Positions 35,808 through 45,739 of a stretch of DNA of 48,910 nt are shown in pieces (the stretch's first letter is position 1; every line of letters starts with the position of its first letter). This DNA is from a bacterium (GTDB taxonomy: Bacteria > Patescibacteriota > Microgenomatia > Levybacterales > UBA12049), in NCBI GenBank assembly GCA_021785915.1, contig JAJYEF010000001.1:1-48910 (forward strand), given 5' to 3'. The notes under the pieces were generated by a model. It was not told the origin of the DNA. It was given only the letters and a program-made list of their open reading frames with translations, and did not search any database. A program made the translations under genes and the position numbers.

Positions 35808-36410
35808 TTACCTCGAATAATATTCAATAATCAATTGAAGATCGAAAGGTACCTGCATATCATCGTTTTTAGGCATCCTTACAAGCTTTCCGGAAAATGC
35901 TTTCTTTTGCAAAAACGGTAGAGTTTCAATCTCTTCTTTTGTTAGTTCCAGTACCTGAGGATTTGCCTGCATCTTCGGCGAAAGAGTTATTACGTCATCA
36001 ACCTTTACCTGATACGAAGGTATAGATAGTTTTTTACCGTTTACTAAAACGTGGCCGTGTGAAACAAGCTGTCTTGCCATAAATCTGCTATTTGCAAAAC
36101 CCAGCCTGTAAACAACATTATCAAGCCTTGTTTCAAGAAGTGAAATTATTAATTCTTTTGTATCACCCTTTTTCTTCTGGACTCTTAAAACAAGGTTCTT
36201 AAATTGCTTTTCCAGAAGACCGTAGGTTGCTTTTGCTTTTTGTTTTTCTCTAAGCTGCAAACCGTACTCGGAAAGCCTCTTTTTTCTTTTTTTACCATGG
36301 ATTCCGGGAGGAATATTCAATCTTCTGAGCAAACTTTGAGAAGACTTATCTAATACGTTTATTCCTTCTCTTCTAGCAAGCCTATGTTTTGGTCCTGTAT
36401 ATCGTGCCAT
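35808..36410 (-). CDS. rpsD: 30S ribosomal protein S4 (uS4)
   Basis: MARYTGPKHRLARREG start and an S4 RNA-binding domain. Confidence 0.96.
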   Translation of the reverse strand: MARYTGPKHRLARREGINVLDKSSQSLLRRLNIPPGIHGKKRKKRLSEYGLQLREKQKAKATYGLLEKQFKNLVLRVQKKKGDTKELIISLLETRLDNVVYRLGFANSRFMARQLVSHGHVLVNGKKLSIPSYQVKVDDVITLSPKMQANPQVLELTKEEIETLPFLQKKAFSGKLVRMPKNDDMQVPFDLQLIIEYYSR

Positions 36411-36412
36411 AA

Positions 36413-36814
36413 TTAAATCCTTCTCCTCTTCTCGGGTCTTGGTCCGTTATGCGGGATGGGTGTTACATCGGCTATAAGAGATATTGAAAGCCCCGCAGAC
36501 TTAATAGCCCTCAGCGCAGCGTCTCTTCCCGCCCCCGGTCCTTTTATATATACCTCTACTGTTTTAATGCCTTTCTCCATTGCTCTTTGAGCGGTCTTTT
36601 CCACGGCTGTGGTTGCAGCAAAAGGGGTCGATTTTCTTGTTCCCTTAAAACCTGCAGCCCCTGCCGAGCTCCAAGCTACAGTGTCTCCATTTTCATTAGT
36701 GATGGTCACCAAAGTGTTATTGAAAGTTGCGGACACATAAACTTTTCCCTTATCGGTAATTTTAAGATTTGATTTTTTAGCTTTTGTTTTTACTGTTTCT
36801 GCTTTTTTTGCCAT
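36413..36814 (-). CDS. rpsK: 30S ribosomal protein S11 (uS11)
   Basis: [34 protein letters not shown]. Confidence 0.96.
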   Translation of the reverse strand: MAKKAETVKTKAKKSNLKITDKGKVYVSATFNNTLVTITNENGDTVAWSSAGAAGFKGTRKSTPFAATTAVEKTAQRAMEKGIKTVEVYIKGPGAGRDAALRAIKSAGLSISLIADVTPIPHNGPRPEKRRRI

Positions 36815-36821
36815 ATGATTT

Positions 36822-37217
36822 TTATTCTGTCGTTAATCCCATTTTAGCCGCTACCTCTTTCTTGATAGCGCCGATTGTGACTCTTTTACCCCTCTTGGTT
36901 CTAGCATTAGATTTTGTTCTCTGCCCTCTTACCGGAAGATTTCGCGAATGCCTGTTGCCTCTATAACTGCTTATTTCCTTAAGCCTTTTTATATTCCCCT
37001 GAATCTCTACCCTTAAGTCTCCCTCAATTTTATAGGTTTCCAAAACTTTCTGGATTCTTTTCTGTTCGTCTTCACTTAAAGCCTTTATTCTTTTTGAAGA
37101 ATCTACTTCAGCCTTCTTTAAAATATCGTAGACGTTTTTCCTTCCCACGCCAAAGAGGTAGGAAAGTCCTATATCGACCCTTTTTTCATCCGGTAAATTT
37201 ATTCCTGAAATTCTCAT
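36822..37217 (-). CDS. rpsM: 30S ribosomal protein S13 (uS13)
   Basis: MRISGINLP start, YRGNRH, and a basic tail. Confidence 0.96.
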   Translation of the reverse strand: MRISGINLPDEKRVDIGLSYLFGVGRKNVYDILKKAEVDSSKRIKALSEDEQKRIQKVLETYKIEGDLRVEIQGNIKRLKEISSYRGNRHSRNLPVRGQRTKSNARTKRGKRVTIGAIKKEVAAKMGLTTE

Positions 37218-37270
37218 GATTCTTATTTACTCATTATTATGACCCTAAGAGTAAGCGCAGGGTATATAAA

Positions 37271-37384
37271 TTAGCCCTGTCTCTGGTTGTGTCTCGGATT
37301 ATCACAAACAACCCTCAAAACTCCGCGTCTTTTTATAACTTTACATTTTACGCATCTTGGTTTAACGCTTGCCTGTACTTTCAT
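37271..37384 (-). CDS. rpmJ: 50S ribosomal protein L36 (bL36), zinc-binding form
   Basis: Hand-translated 37-aa ORF missing from the track: [37 protein letters not shown], with a CxxC..C....H motif. Lies between infA and rpsM. Confidence 0.9.
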   Translation of the reverse strand: MKVQASVKPRCVKCKVIKRRGVLRVVCDNPRHNQRQG

Positions 37385-37385
37385 A

Positions 37386-37604
37386 TTATTTCCCCCTGTA
37401 AACAATCCTTCCTTTGGTCTTATCATAGGGTGTTACTTCAACCCTTACTTTATCCCCGGGAAGGATTTTTATAAAATTCATCCTCATCTTGCCCGATAAA
37501 TGGCAAAGTATGATTTGGCCATTTTCAAGCTCGACCCTAAATAATGTGTTAGGTAGAGATTCCTTAACAACTCCGTCTAACTCTATTGATCCCTGGTGAG
37601 CCAT
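37386..37604 (-). CDS. infA: Translation initiation factor IF-1
   Basis: 72 aa with an S1-like fold: [25 protein letters not shown]...ILPGDKV. Confidence 0.96.
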   Translation of the reverse strand: MAHQGSIELDGVVKESLPNTLFRVELENGQIILCHLSGKMRMNFIKILPGDKVRVEVTPYDKTKGRIVYRGK

Positions 37605-37709
37605 AATTTACTTAAAATTCCCGCAAACTCTTATTAACGGTGAGCCTACGGAACCATAAAATATAAATCCTAATCCATAGCTTCCGCTTGAATTAGAATT
37701 CTTGCTTTG

Positions 37710-37738
37710 ATTATACCAAACAATACCAAAAAGAGCAA
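37710..37738 (-). promoter_or_regulatory. Putative internal promoter ahead of infA-rpmJ-rpsM
   Basis: On the minus strand: TTGCTC (37733-37738), 17-nt spacer, TGgTATAAT extended -10 (TATAAT at 37710-37715). Sits in a 154-nt gap. Confidence 0.35.
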
Positions 37739-37758
37739 ACCAATAAGCTTCAAAACGT

Positions 37759-38529
37759 CTAAGGAGTCAAAATAAAATGACCGCTTTCCGTGATTGCCAA
37801 TGATCTTTCAAAAAGGCCGGAAAGAGTACCGTCTTTTGTCCTCAGGGTCCATCCGTCGTCATCAAGCGTCAGGTCCGGGCCGCCCATATTGTAAATTACC
37901 TCAATTGCAATTGTCATTCCCGGCTTTAAATCGGGCGACTTTTCTATACTTCCGTATACGTATCCCGGCACCTCCGGATCTTCATGAAGCTCTCTGCCTA
38001 CACCGTGCCCGACCAGAGACCGTACAACCGAGTATCCGTTTTGTTTTTCAACAATATCCTGTATTGCTCTTGATATGTCTCCGACGTGGTTTCCGGGTTT
38101 TGCCTGGGAAATTCCCGCCTCCAGCGCAATTTTACCGACTTTAAGAAACTTGTCCACATCATCAAACTTTTGACTTTGGATATTTGACGTTTGAACTCTT
38201 ACCGTTTCCGACATATCCGTATGAAAACCATTGTAGTAAACACCGCAGTCGATCCCTACAATATCCCCGGCTTTAAATTTATAGTTTGTCGGGATTCCGT
38301 GAACTACAACGTCGTTGGTAGATACGCAGATTGTATTCTTATATCCGTCGACCAACATAAATCCCGGCTCTCCGCCTTTTTCTCTAATTAATTTTTCCGC
38401 CAGTGAATCAATTTCGATTTCCGAAGTACCGGGCTGTAGGCTTTTTAAAACCTCCCACATTGTCTCGGAAAGCATTTTCCCGCTTTTCTTCATTATTTCT
38501 ATTTCTTTTTCAGATTTAATCCGTATCAT
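37759..38529 (-). CDS. map: Methionine aminopeptidase type I
   Basis: MIRIKSEKEIEIMKKSG..., VVHGIP, GDIVGIDCG, GHGVGRELHE, EVIYN. Start moved to the ATG at 38527-38529. Confidence 0.92.
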   Translation of the reverse strand: MIRIKSEKEIEIMKKSGKMLSETMWEVLKSLQPGTSEIEIDSLAEKLIREKGGEPGFMLVDGYKNTICVSTNDVVVHGIPTNYKFKAGDIVGIDCGVYYNGFHTDMSETVRVQTSNIQSQKFDDVDKFLKVGKIALEAGISQAKPGNHVGDISRAIQDIVEKQNGYSVVRSLVGHGVGRELHEDPEVPGYVYGSIEKSPDLKPGMTIAIEVIYNMGGPDLTLDDDGWTLRTKDGTLSGLFERSLAITESGHFILTP

Positions 38530-39082
38530 TAAAATTGTACTCCTTGTAAAATTTTTCCAACTCCGCGTACAAATATTCCCTAGTTGTCTCATTTTTTATC
38601 AGATAGTCAGAAATTGCAATAGGTCCCCCCTTATTTGCCTTTTCGATCTCATCGATATCTCTTTCTCTTGCTTGGGTAGTATTAAACTTTCTTTCTTTTC
38701 TTGCGGCAAGCCTTTCATAGCGGATTCTTGGATTTGCGTAAATGCAAAGCAAGATTAAGTTTGGGATTTTTTGCATAAGATAAATATATTCCTCCCATGA
38801 ATACAGGCCGTCTAAAATTATTTTTTCATTTTTTATAAGTACATCTTCAATTTTCGGCAGCATTTTTATAGCTACCGCAGCCATTCCTAACTCTTGCCTG
38901 ATTTTTTCCCTGTAATATATATTGTTATCGGGAGTCCAGGGAAGACCTTCTTCTTTTATGCCCTCATCAACTACGGCCCCAAATCTTAGGACCGAAAAGC
39001 CTTTTTTTTCAAAAAAGCTTGCGGCTTCCGTTTTCCCGGCCCCTGCCATTCCCACGATTGCGATTATAAACCTTTTTTTCAT
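38516..39082 (-). CDS. P-loop nucleotide kinase-fold protein (dephospho-CoA kinase-like / archaeal UPF0200-like)
   Basis: 188 aa. Walker A GMAGAGKT, then a layout recalled from archaeal UPF0200/CoaE-like proteins (ILDGLYSWEEY...RYERLAARKER...RERD..E...GGPIAISDYLIKNE). Confidence 0.6.
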   Translation of the reverse strand: MKKRFIIAIVGMAGAGKTEAASFFEKKGFSVLRFGAVVDEGIKEEGLPWTPDNNIYYREKIRQELGMAAVAIKMLPKIEDVLIKNEKIILDGLYSWEEYIYLMQKIPNLILLCIYANPRIRYERLAARKERKFNTTQARERDIDEIEKANKGGPIAISDYLIKNETTREYLYAELEKFYKEYNFNDTD

Positions 39083-39314
39083 ACTTGTATTACAGTAAAA
39101 ACTCTATCGAATGCCTCATCCAAACCTTTAGATGCGTCGATTTTATAAAATTGTAACGTTTTCTTGCAATATCCATTCTCTCATTAAAAGCTTAAGATTC
39201 AGATACTAGTTTTATTTAATCATTTTCCGATCCTTCCGGCCCAACAAAAACAATCACTTTTCTTCCCATGGGATCTTTTTCCTTGTGTCTGCCTAAAGTT
39301 TGCTCAACCGACAT
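39079..39314 (-). pseudogene. Relic of a nucleoside-monophosphate (adenylate-type) kinase gene
   Basis: One frame gives MSVEQTLGRHKEKDPMGRKVIVFVGPEGSEND-stop, a broken P-loop. Another frame gives ENGYCKKTLQFYKIDASKGLDEAFDRVFTVIQV-stop, an Adk-like C-terminus whose TGA overlaps the next ATG. The middle of the gene is missing. Confidence 0.4.
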
Positions 39315-39315
39315 T

Positions 39316-39849
39316 TTAACGAAGAATAGCCAAGATTTCTTTATGTATTTCCTCTATAGATTCTTCCCCGTCCATTTCGACCAGAAGTTTTCTTTTTCTG
39401 TAATAATACAAAACCGGTGTGGTTACCTCGTGGAATAGCTCTATTCTTTTCCTGATTGCCTTTAAAGTCTCGTCATCTCTTTCGTCGCTTCTTCCGGAAA
39501 TCCTCCATAGAGCCTCCTTATCTGAAACCTTTAAATAAAATACATAATCTATATTTTCCTTAAAATCTTCCGCCTGCTTAACGGTTCTTGGGAATCCGTC
39601 CAGGATATAGCCGTTTGCATACTCGGGTTTTGACAAATAACCGGTGACTATTTGAAAAGCCTGTCCGTCCGGGATAAGAAATCCCGCATTTATAGTTTCT
39701 TTTATATACCTTCCTTCCGAAGTTTTTTCTTTTGCAAGTTCTCTGAATATGTGGCCTGTTGAAAGGTATGGGATCTCAAGACTTGTGGATAAAAGGTTTC
39801 CCTGAGTTGATTTTCCTGCTCCCTGGATGCCTATTAATATTATTTTCAT
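39316..39849 (-). CDS. adk: Adenylate kinase (short form without zinc lid)
   Basis: 177 aa. GIQGAGKSTQ P-loop, GFLIPD, ILDGFPRT. Confidence 0.93.
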   Translation of the reverse strand: MKIILIGIQGAGKSTQGNLLSTSLEIPYLSTGHIFRELAKEKTSEGRYIKETINAGFLIPDGQAFQIVTGYLSKPEYANGYILDGFPRTVKQAEDFKENIDYVFYLKVSDKEALWRISGRSDERDDETLKAIRKRIELFHEVTTPVLYYYRKRKLLVEMDGEESIEEIHKEILAILR

Positions 39850-39872
39850 GAATTAATTCTTAGTTTGATATT

Positions 39873-41159
39873 TTACCTTGTAAATCCTTCGTAATTCCTC
39901 ATTACAAGCTGTGCTTCAATAGCTTTTATAGTTTCCAAAACTACGGAAACGACGATAAGTATTCCCGTTCCTCCAAGAATAAGATTCTGGACGTTTGTGA
40001 AAAATCTCGCAATTGTAGGAAAAATAGCAATAATTCCCAAAAATATTGCACCGGCAAGTGTAATTCTGGTAAGTATGTAATTTAAATAATTTGCCGTGGG
40101 GGTCCCCGGTCTTATTCCGGGTACAAAACCTCCATATTTTTGTATCTCCTCCGCGATTTTTTTAGGATTAAAGACGACTGCAGTATAAAAATATGTGAAA
40201 GCTACAACTAGGAAAAAATATACAGCGTTGTATAAAAATCCGTTGGGGTTAAACCATAATGTAATGCTCGCGCCGACGTTGTGGAGTATCGGATTTTTTG
40301 CAACAGTAAGGTAGTTTGCCACAAGCGAGGGAAGCAAAACCAATGAAACTGCAAATATGATAGGAATAACTCCCGCTTGGTTAAGTCTTAACGGTAAGTG
40401 TGTCGATTGTCCACCGTACATCTTGTTTCCCCTTACCTGTTTCGCATAATAAACTGTTATTTGTCTGGTCGCCTCGTTGATAATTACGATTGAAGTTACT
40501 ACCATAAGCCCCATTACGGCAAATACTAAAATATTGAAAAAGTTCTGCGCGTTAACGGTAGTGGCTGTCTGACCGAATGCTACAGGAAGCCTTGCCACAA
40601 TGCCCGCAAAGATAAGGAGTGATATTCCGTTGCCGACTCCTCTGTCCGAGATTAATTCTCCAAGCCACACTAAAAGCATGGTACCGGCAGTCATTGTAAT
40701 TACCAAGGAGATAAGGCTTAGGATATTAAGATTTGATATTATACCCTGGTTACGAAGCAGTGCGTACATTCCTATTGCCTGAAGAGCAGCCAAAGGCACA
40801 GTGATAATCCTTGTGTATTGATTGATTTTTTGTTGTCCCGCTTCGCCTTCTTTTTGCAATTCTTCAAGTTTTGGAAAAACCATTGTTAAAAGCTGGAGAA
40901 TGATCGAGGCATTGATATAAGGATTAAGACCTAAGGCCATGATGGAAAAGTTAGCAAGAGTTCCCCCGGAAAAAACGTCAAGAAGTGATAAAAACTGGTT
41001 TTGTGCAAATAGGGCCTGCAGCTGAGCTAAATTTACCCCCGGAACCGGGATATGGGCAAAAATTCTAGCAACTACAAAAATTATAGCAGTAAATATTAGT
41101 TTTCTTCTGACATCCGGCGATTTAATGCTGTTACGAAAGATTGCTAGAATTCTATCCAT
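39873..41159 (-). CDS. secY: Preprotein translocase subunit SecY
   Basis: 428 aa with 10 TM segments. [21 protein letters not shown]. Expected position after rplO. Confidence 0.97.
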   Translation of the reverse strand: MDRILAIFRNSIKSPDVRRKLIFTAIIFVVARIFAHIPVPGVNLAQLQALFAQNQFLSLLDVFSGGTLANFSIMALGLNPYINASIILQLLTMVFPKLEELQKEGEAGQQKINQYTRIITVPLAALQAIGMYALLRNQGIISNLNILSLISLVITMTAGTMLLVWLGELISDRGVGNGISLLIFAGIVARLPVAFGQTATTVNAQNFFNILVFAVMGLMVVTSIVIINEATRQITVYYAKQVRGNKMYGGQSTHLPLRLNQAGVIPIIFAVSLVLLPSLVANYLTVAKNPILHNVGASITLWFNPNGFLYNAVYFFLVVAFTYFYTAVVFNPKKIAEEIQKYGGFVPGIRPGTPTANYLNYILTRITLAGAIFLGIIAIFPTIARFFTNVQNLILGGTGILIVVSVVLETIKAIEAQLVMRNYEGFTR

Positions 41160-41163
41160 TTAA

Positions 41164-41604
41164 TTAATTTTCTATTTTACCGCCTGCTTTTTCTATTTTT
41201 TTTGCGGCACCTTTTGAAATAGGCAGTTTTATGGTAAGTGCCTTTTTAATTTCCCCGTCTCCTAATATTTTTATTCCGTATGTGAGTGCATCCTGCTCTT
41301 CAACTATATTGTTGCTTATTAAGGACTTTAAATCAACTACCGCATTTGCCTTTAATAAATTAAGTACCTTAACATTTACGATAATGGGTTTTTTCTTAAA
41401 GACTTTATTTCTTCCTTTACCCCTTCTAAAGGGAAGCCTTTTTGTTAAAGGAAGGGCTCCTCCTTCAAAGGACAACGGCCTTTTGCTTCTTGCATTTTGG
41501 CCCTTGGTTCCTCTTCCTGAAGTCTTTACGCGACCCGATCCATGACCCTGGCCGAGTCTTCTTTTGGACTTATTTTTGATTGTTTGCAATTTGTTAAGCT
41601 CCAC
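41164..41604 (-). CDS. rplO: 50S ribosomal protein L15 (uL15)
   Basis: RRLGQGHGSGRVKTSGRGTKGQ. The GTG start overlaps the rpsE stop (TAGTG). Confidence 0.95.
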   Translation of the reverse strand: MELNKLQTIKNKSKRRLGQGHGSGRVKTSGRGTKGQNARSKRPLSFEGGALPLTKRLPFRRGKGRNKVFKKKPIIVNVKVLNLLKANAVVDLKSLISNNIVEEQDALTYGIKILGDGEIKKALTIKLPISKGAAKKIEKAGGKIEN

Positions 41605-42107
41605 TACTTAGTCTCCTTTCTTTTTATTTCCCTTTTGTGCCTTTCGGACAGCCTTTTCAAAGCCTCGATCGTTGCGTATACATTGCTTGCCTGGTTATCG
41701 GTCCCCAGCACTTTAGAAGAAATGTTTTCGATACCTGCCAGCGAAACAACACTTCTTACTGCCCCTCCCGCTATAACTCCCGAACCTTTCGGCGCCGGTT
41801 TTAAAAGTACTTTTGCCGCTCCGAGTTTTATATAAAATTCAAAAGGAATAGTTCCGCTTATGATAGGGACATCAACCGCATGTTTTTTAGCAAGAGATAC
41901 TCCCTTTCTAATAGCAGCAGATACGTCTCCCGCCTTACCAAGTCCCACTCCAACCTTACCGCTCTTATTTCCAACTACCATAAGTACGGAAAATCCGATT
42001 TTATTACCTCCTTTTGTTTTTTTGGAAACCCTGTTTACCTGCACTATCTTTTCTTCAAATCCGTCCTGCGCTTTTTGGCGCCCCATTTGCTCCATTTTTT
42101 TATCCAT
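41604..42107 (-). CDS. rpsE: 30S ribosomal protein S5 (uS5)
   Basis: VNRVSKKTKGGNKIGFSVLMVVGN, GSGVIAGG. Confidence 0.96.
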   Translation of the reverse strand: MDKKMEQMGRQKAQDGFEEKIVQVNRVSKKTKGGNKIGFSVLMVVGNKSGKVGVGLGKAGDVSAAIRKGVSLAKKHAVDVPIISGTIPFEFYIKLGAAKVLLKPAPKGSGVIAGGAVRSVVSLAGIENISSKVLGTDNQASNVYATIEALKRLSERHKREIKRKETK

Positions 42108-42445
42108 TAGAATTTAAGACCTCCTTCCCTTGCCCCCTCTGCCAGAGCTTTAACCCTTCCATGATATTGATAGGAACCTCTGTCAAAAACCACTTCATTT
42201 ATTTTTTTCTGAGCTGCCTTTTTTGCAACAAGCAATCCCAAGTTTTTTGAATTTTCCGTTTTGGTATTTTTCTCTTTTATTTCTCTTTCGGAAACTCCCA
42301 AGATGGTTTTTCCTTTTTCATCATCAATAATTTGAGCGTATATGAATTTGTTTGACCTAAACACGGAAAGCCTTGGCCTTTGTGATGTACCTTTTATTTT
42401 CGACCTGACCCTCGTCCTTCGTAAAATTTTTCCTGTTTTTCTCAT
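42107..42445 (-). CDS. rplR: 50S ribosomal protein L18 (uL18)
   Basis: [44 protein letters not shown]. Confidence 0.96.
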   Translation of the reverse strand: MRKTGKILRRTRVRSKIKGTSQRPRLSVFRSNKFIYAQIIDDEKGKTILGVSEREIKEKNTKTENSKNLGLLVAKKAAQKKINEVVFDRGSYQYHGRVKALAEGAREGGLKF

Positions 42446-42448
42446 AAA

Positions 42449-43012
42449 TTATTTTGCTCCTCCTGCTCCCCCAACAGCCTTAGCAGCTTTTCCTGCTTTT
42501 CTTCTTATTCTTTCTCCTACATATTTAATCCCTTTTCCTTTGTAGGGTTCGGGTGGTCTTATCGCTCGTATTTTTGCGGCGGTGTCTCCTATCAAAACTT
42601 TATCAATTCCAGAAATAGTTATTACATTCTCTTCGACGCTAAAATTAATGCCTGCCCCCCCATTCACAACAACCGGATGAGAGAATCCCAAAGAAAGCGT
42701 AAGAGTACTGCCCGAAGCCTGGGCTCTGTATCCAACGCCCGTTAACTCGAGCTTTTTTTCAAAACCTTCTGTAACACCTTTAACAAGATTGGCAAGGGTT
42801 GCCCTTGTCAGCCCAAACAAAGGTCTTGTTAGCTCATCGTTTTTCTTTGCTTGGGTAACAATAAGCTCTTTATCTATAACTTCCGCTTTTATTCCTCTAG
42901 GCACATCAAAATAAAGACTTCCCTTAGGACCCGTAACCGTAACTCTTGGTCCAACATTGGAAATTGTGACCTGTTCTTGTAATGCTATTGGTTTTACTGC
43001 AATTTTTGACAT
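42449..43012 (-). CDS. rplF: 50S ribosomal protein L6 (uL6)
   Basis: MSKIAVKPI, GVGYRA, PEPYKGKGIKY. Confidence 0.96.
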   Translation of the reverse strand: MSKIAVKPIALQEQVTISNVGPRVTVTGPKGSLYFDVPRGIKAEVIDKELIVTQAKKNDELTRPLFGLTRATLANLVKGVTEGFEKKLELTGVGYRAQASGSTLTLSLGFSHPVVVNGGAGINFSVEENVITISGIDKVLIGDTAAKIRAIRPPEPYKGKGIKYVGERIRRKAGKAAKAVGGAGGAK

Positions 43013-43022
43013 ATTATTTTGA

Positions 43023-43415
43023 CTACCAGACAGAAAAAAGAATTTCTCCCCCTAATCCCTTTTTTTGGGCTTCGGCCGAAGTCATTACACCCTGACTGGT
43101 TGAAACAATTAGTTTTCTTTTTCCTCTTTTTGCAATATCGGATAACCTTTTGCTGGAGGAATAAACCCTTAGGGAGGGTTTTGAAATAACGATAACATTT
43201 GTTAGTACAGGAATCCTATTCTCGTATTTTATAACTCCCCTAAGCTCCTTTTTCCCGGCATTTGTTTCTTCTTTTATGCTTTCCAAAAATCCCTCTTTGA
43301 CCAAGACTCTTCCTATTTCTTTGTTAATTTTAGAAAATGGTAAAATAACCTCTCTCCTTTTGGAAAGCGCGCCATTTTTTATCCTTATCACGAAATCAGA
43401 AACTAAGTGATTCAT
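43023..43415 (-). CDS. rpsH: 30S ribosomal protein S8 (uS8)
   Basis: D..IRIKNG start pattern and TSQGVMTS...GLGGEILF..W end. Confidence 0.95.
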   Translation of the reverse strand: MNHLVSDFVIRIKNGALSKRREVILPFSKINKEIGRVLVKEGFLESIKEETNAGKKELRGVIKYENRIPVLTNVIVISKPSLRVYSSSKRLSDIAKRGKRKLIVSTSQGVMTSAEAQKKGLGGEILFSVW

Positions 43416-43426
43416 AAAATATTAAT

Positions 43427-43612
43427 TTACCAGGTTGATTTAACTACTCCCGGAAGTTCTCCTTTCTGCGCAAGCTCTCTGAAGCAAATCCTGCAGACTC
43501 CGAACCTTCTCATATAGCCACGTGCCCTGCCGCAGATGCTACATCTGTTAACATTCCTTACAGAATATTTCTGTTTTTTATTAAATTTAACTATGTTTGA
43601 TTTTTTTGCCAT
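43427..43612 (-). CDS. rpsN: 30S ribosomal protein S14 type Z (zinc-binding)
   Basis: 61 aa. [23 protein letters not shown] contains two CxxC pairs. Confidence 0.95.
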   Translation of the reverse strand: MAKKSNIVKFNKKQKYSVRNVNRCSICGRARGYMRRFGVCRICFRELAQKGELPGVVKSTW

Positions 43613-43616
43613 ATCT

Positions 43617-44165
43617 TTATTTTCTAAAAGGCATCCCCAACGCCTTTAATAATGCAAAGCCCTGATCGTTATCTTCCGCACTTGTTACTATTGAGACTTC
43701 AAACCCCTGAACTGTGTCAATTCTACTGGGATCTATTTCCGGAAACACGGTGGCTTCGGAAAATCCCAAAGTATAATTCCCGTGTCCGTCGAAACTCTCC
43801 TTCTTTACACCGTGAAAATCCCTAAACCTTGGAAAAACTATATTTGTAAGCTTTTGATAGAAATCATACATCCTTTTTCCTCTTAATGTAACCATTAGGG
43901 CAATTTCTTCTCCTTCTCTTAATTTAAAAGAGGATATTGACTGTTTTGCTTTCATTACCTTAGGCTTCTGTCCGGCGATAAGCGACAAAACTTCCGCGCC
44001 CTTCTCCATTTTTTTCTTGTCGGAAATTGCATCTTTTACACCCATATTTATTACTATTTTTGAAAGCCTCGGTACAGCATTAGGATTTTTTATACCCAGC
44101 TCTTGTCTTAAGTTTTTTGATATCTCTTTATTGTACTTTTCCTGTAATTGGTTTTGTGTTTTCAT
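43617..44165 (-). CDS. rplE: 50S ribosomal protein L5 (uL5)
   Basis: [35 protein letters not shown]. Confidence 0.96.
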   Translation of the reverse strand: MKTQNQLQEKYNKEISKNLRQELGIKNPNAVPRLSKIVINMGVKDAISDKKKMEKGAEVLSLIAGQKPKVMKAKQSISSFKLREGEEIALMVTLRGKRMYDFYQKLTNIVFPRFRDFHGVKKESFDGHGNYTLGFSEATVFPEIDPSRIDTVQGFEVSIVTSAEDNDQGFALLKALGMPFRK

Positions 44166-44479
44166 ATTTCGGATTTACACTTTCGACAAATTCTAGATTT
44201 TACTCCTTTTTGTATTTTAAATCCAATCCTCGTTGCTTTGTGACATTTAGGGCAAACAAGAACCACGTTTTCCTGCGCCATAGGTTTAGTAAGTGTAATT
44301 ATTTCAGACGGCTCGGTATCGGATCTTGCCTTAAGATGTCTTTTGTAAAGATTTACATTGGCTATTAAAACTTTCCCTTCCTTAGGGAAAACTTTTTCAA
44401 GCTTTCCTTCCTTTCCTTTGTCTTTCCCTATTATTACTTTCACGCTGTCTCCTTTTTTAAATTTCATAATTTTATACAA
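44162..44479 (-). CDS. rplX: 50S ribosomal protein L24 (uL24) with a four-Cys motif
   Basis: KOW motif [23 protein letters not shown] at residues 76-79 and CRKC at residues 98-101. Confidence 0.94.
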   Translation of the reverse strand: MYKIMKFKKGDSVKVIIGKDKGKEGKLEKVFPKEGKVLIANVNLYKRHLKARSDTEPSEIITLTKPMAQENVVLVCPKCHKATRIGFKIQKGVKSRICRKCKSEI

Positions 44480-44846
44480 CCTCTATGGCCATACTGGCAA
44501 TTTTTGTAAATCCACTGTCTCTCACTTCCCTGGCGATCGGTCCAAATATTCTGGTGCCTCTGGGATTTTTATCTTTTATTGTGTCTATCACAACTCCTGC
44601 ATTATCGGAAAATCTTATGTACGAACCGTCCGGTCTTTTATGCTCTTTTTTTGTCCTGACTAAAATCACTTTTACTATCTCCCCTTCCTTTACCTGTCCT
44701 GTCGGGATAGCCTCTTTTACTACACAATTTAAGATGTCTCCCAGGTAACCGAATTTTCTCTTAGATCCTCCGAAAATATGAATTACCTGCAGTACTCTTG
44801 CTCCCGAATTATCCGCAACTTTTAGCATTGTTCTATGTTGTACCAT
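44472..44846 (-). CDS. rplN: 50S ribosomal protein L14 (uL14)
   Basis: [16 protein letters not shown] start and IRFSDNAGV. Confidence 0.97.
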   Translation of the reverse strand: MVQHRTMLKVADNSGARVLQVIHIFGGSKRKFGYLGDILNCVVKEAIPTGQVKEGEIVKVILVRTKKEHKRPDGSYIRFSDNAGVVIDTIKDKNPRGTRIFGPIAREVRDSGFTKIASMAIEVV

Positions 44847-45079
44847 TATTTAATTACCTCCGTAATCTTGAAAAATTTACTTTTGGAAATAGGTTTTGTT
44901 TCCGCAATCCTAACATTCTGACCAAGAATTAGATCAAGGCCATTTGTATCCGCTTTAATCCTTTTTGTTTTCTTAAGCAGTTTTTTATAAAGCGGGTGCG
45001 GGGTGCGTCTTGTAATTTCTATAACCGCACTTTTATTCATTTTTAAAGAAACAATCTTCCCTTCAAGTGTCTTTACCAT
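44846..45079 (-). CDS. rpsQ: 30S ribosomal protein S17 (uS17)
   Basis: 77 aa. G.IVS.KM.K...V...R...HPLY.K, in the expected operon position. Confidence 0.93.
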   Translation of the reverse strand: MVKTLEGKIVSLKMNKSAVIEITRRTPHPLYKKLLKKTKRIKADTNGLDLILGQNVRIAETKPISKSKFFKITEVIK

Positions 45080-45297
45080 TATTTCCCTTCTCCTTTCGCT
45101 GCCAATTCCTTTTCTTTTAAGGCAGTTAAAATTAACGCTATTTCCTTTTTCTTCCAGAAAATTTGCCTTGTGTTTTTAAGCTTTCTTTGTGAAAGTTCAA
45201 CTTCCAACTTAAATAAATCGTCTTTAGCTTCCGACAATGATTTTTTTAGTTCTTTCTCCGGTTTTTCAAATATTTGTTTTCTGTCTTTTAATTTCAT
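45079..45297 (-). CDS. rpmC: 50S ribosomal protein L29 (uL29)
   Basis: 72-aa helical K/E-rich protein between rplP and rpsQ. Confidence 0.9.
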   Translation of the reverse strand: MKLKDRKQIFEKPEKELKKSLSEAKDDLFKLEVELSQRKLKNTRQIFWKKKEIALILTALKEKELAAKGEGK

Positions 45298-45326
45298 AGT
45301 TATTTTGTATTCGGCTCACCGAAATA

Positions 45327-45737
45327 TTAATTTTCCTTTGTTATAATTCTTGATTTAACGCCGAGTTTATGAGCAGCGAGCGTTAATGCCGAACGTGCAA
45401 TATCTTCGGTCACTCCTCCCATTTCAAACATAATTCTTCCGGGGGTAACCGGTGCGACAAACTCAAAGACGTCTCCCTTTCCGGACCCCATCCTCGTTTC
45501 CGCTGGTTTTTTGGTTATCGGCTTATCCGGGAAAATTCTTATCCATACCCTTCCTCCCCTTTGCGTATAATGGGTAATTGCCCTTCTTGCCGCCTCAATC
45601 TGTCTTGCCGAAATCCAAGCAGTACCTTCGGACTGTAAACCGAAATCTCCAAAAGCGATGTCTGTTCCCCTATAGGAATTTCCTTTCATTACTCCCCTCA
45701 TTTGTTTCCTGTATTTTGCTCTTTTTGGAACTAACAT
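45327..45737 (-). CDS. rplP: 50S ribosomal protein L16 (uL16)
   Basis: [30 protein letters not shown]. Confidence 0.97.
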   Translation of the reverse strand: MLVPKRAKYRKQMRGVMKGNSYRGTDIAFGDFGLQSEGTAWISARQIEAARRAITHYTQRGGRVWIRIFPDKPITKKPAETRMGSGKGDVFEFVAPVTPGRIMFEMGGVTEDIARSALTLAAHKLGVKSRIITKEN

Positions 45738-45739
45738 AA

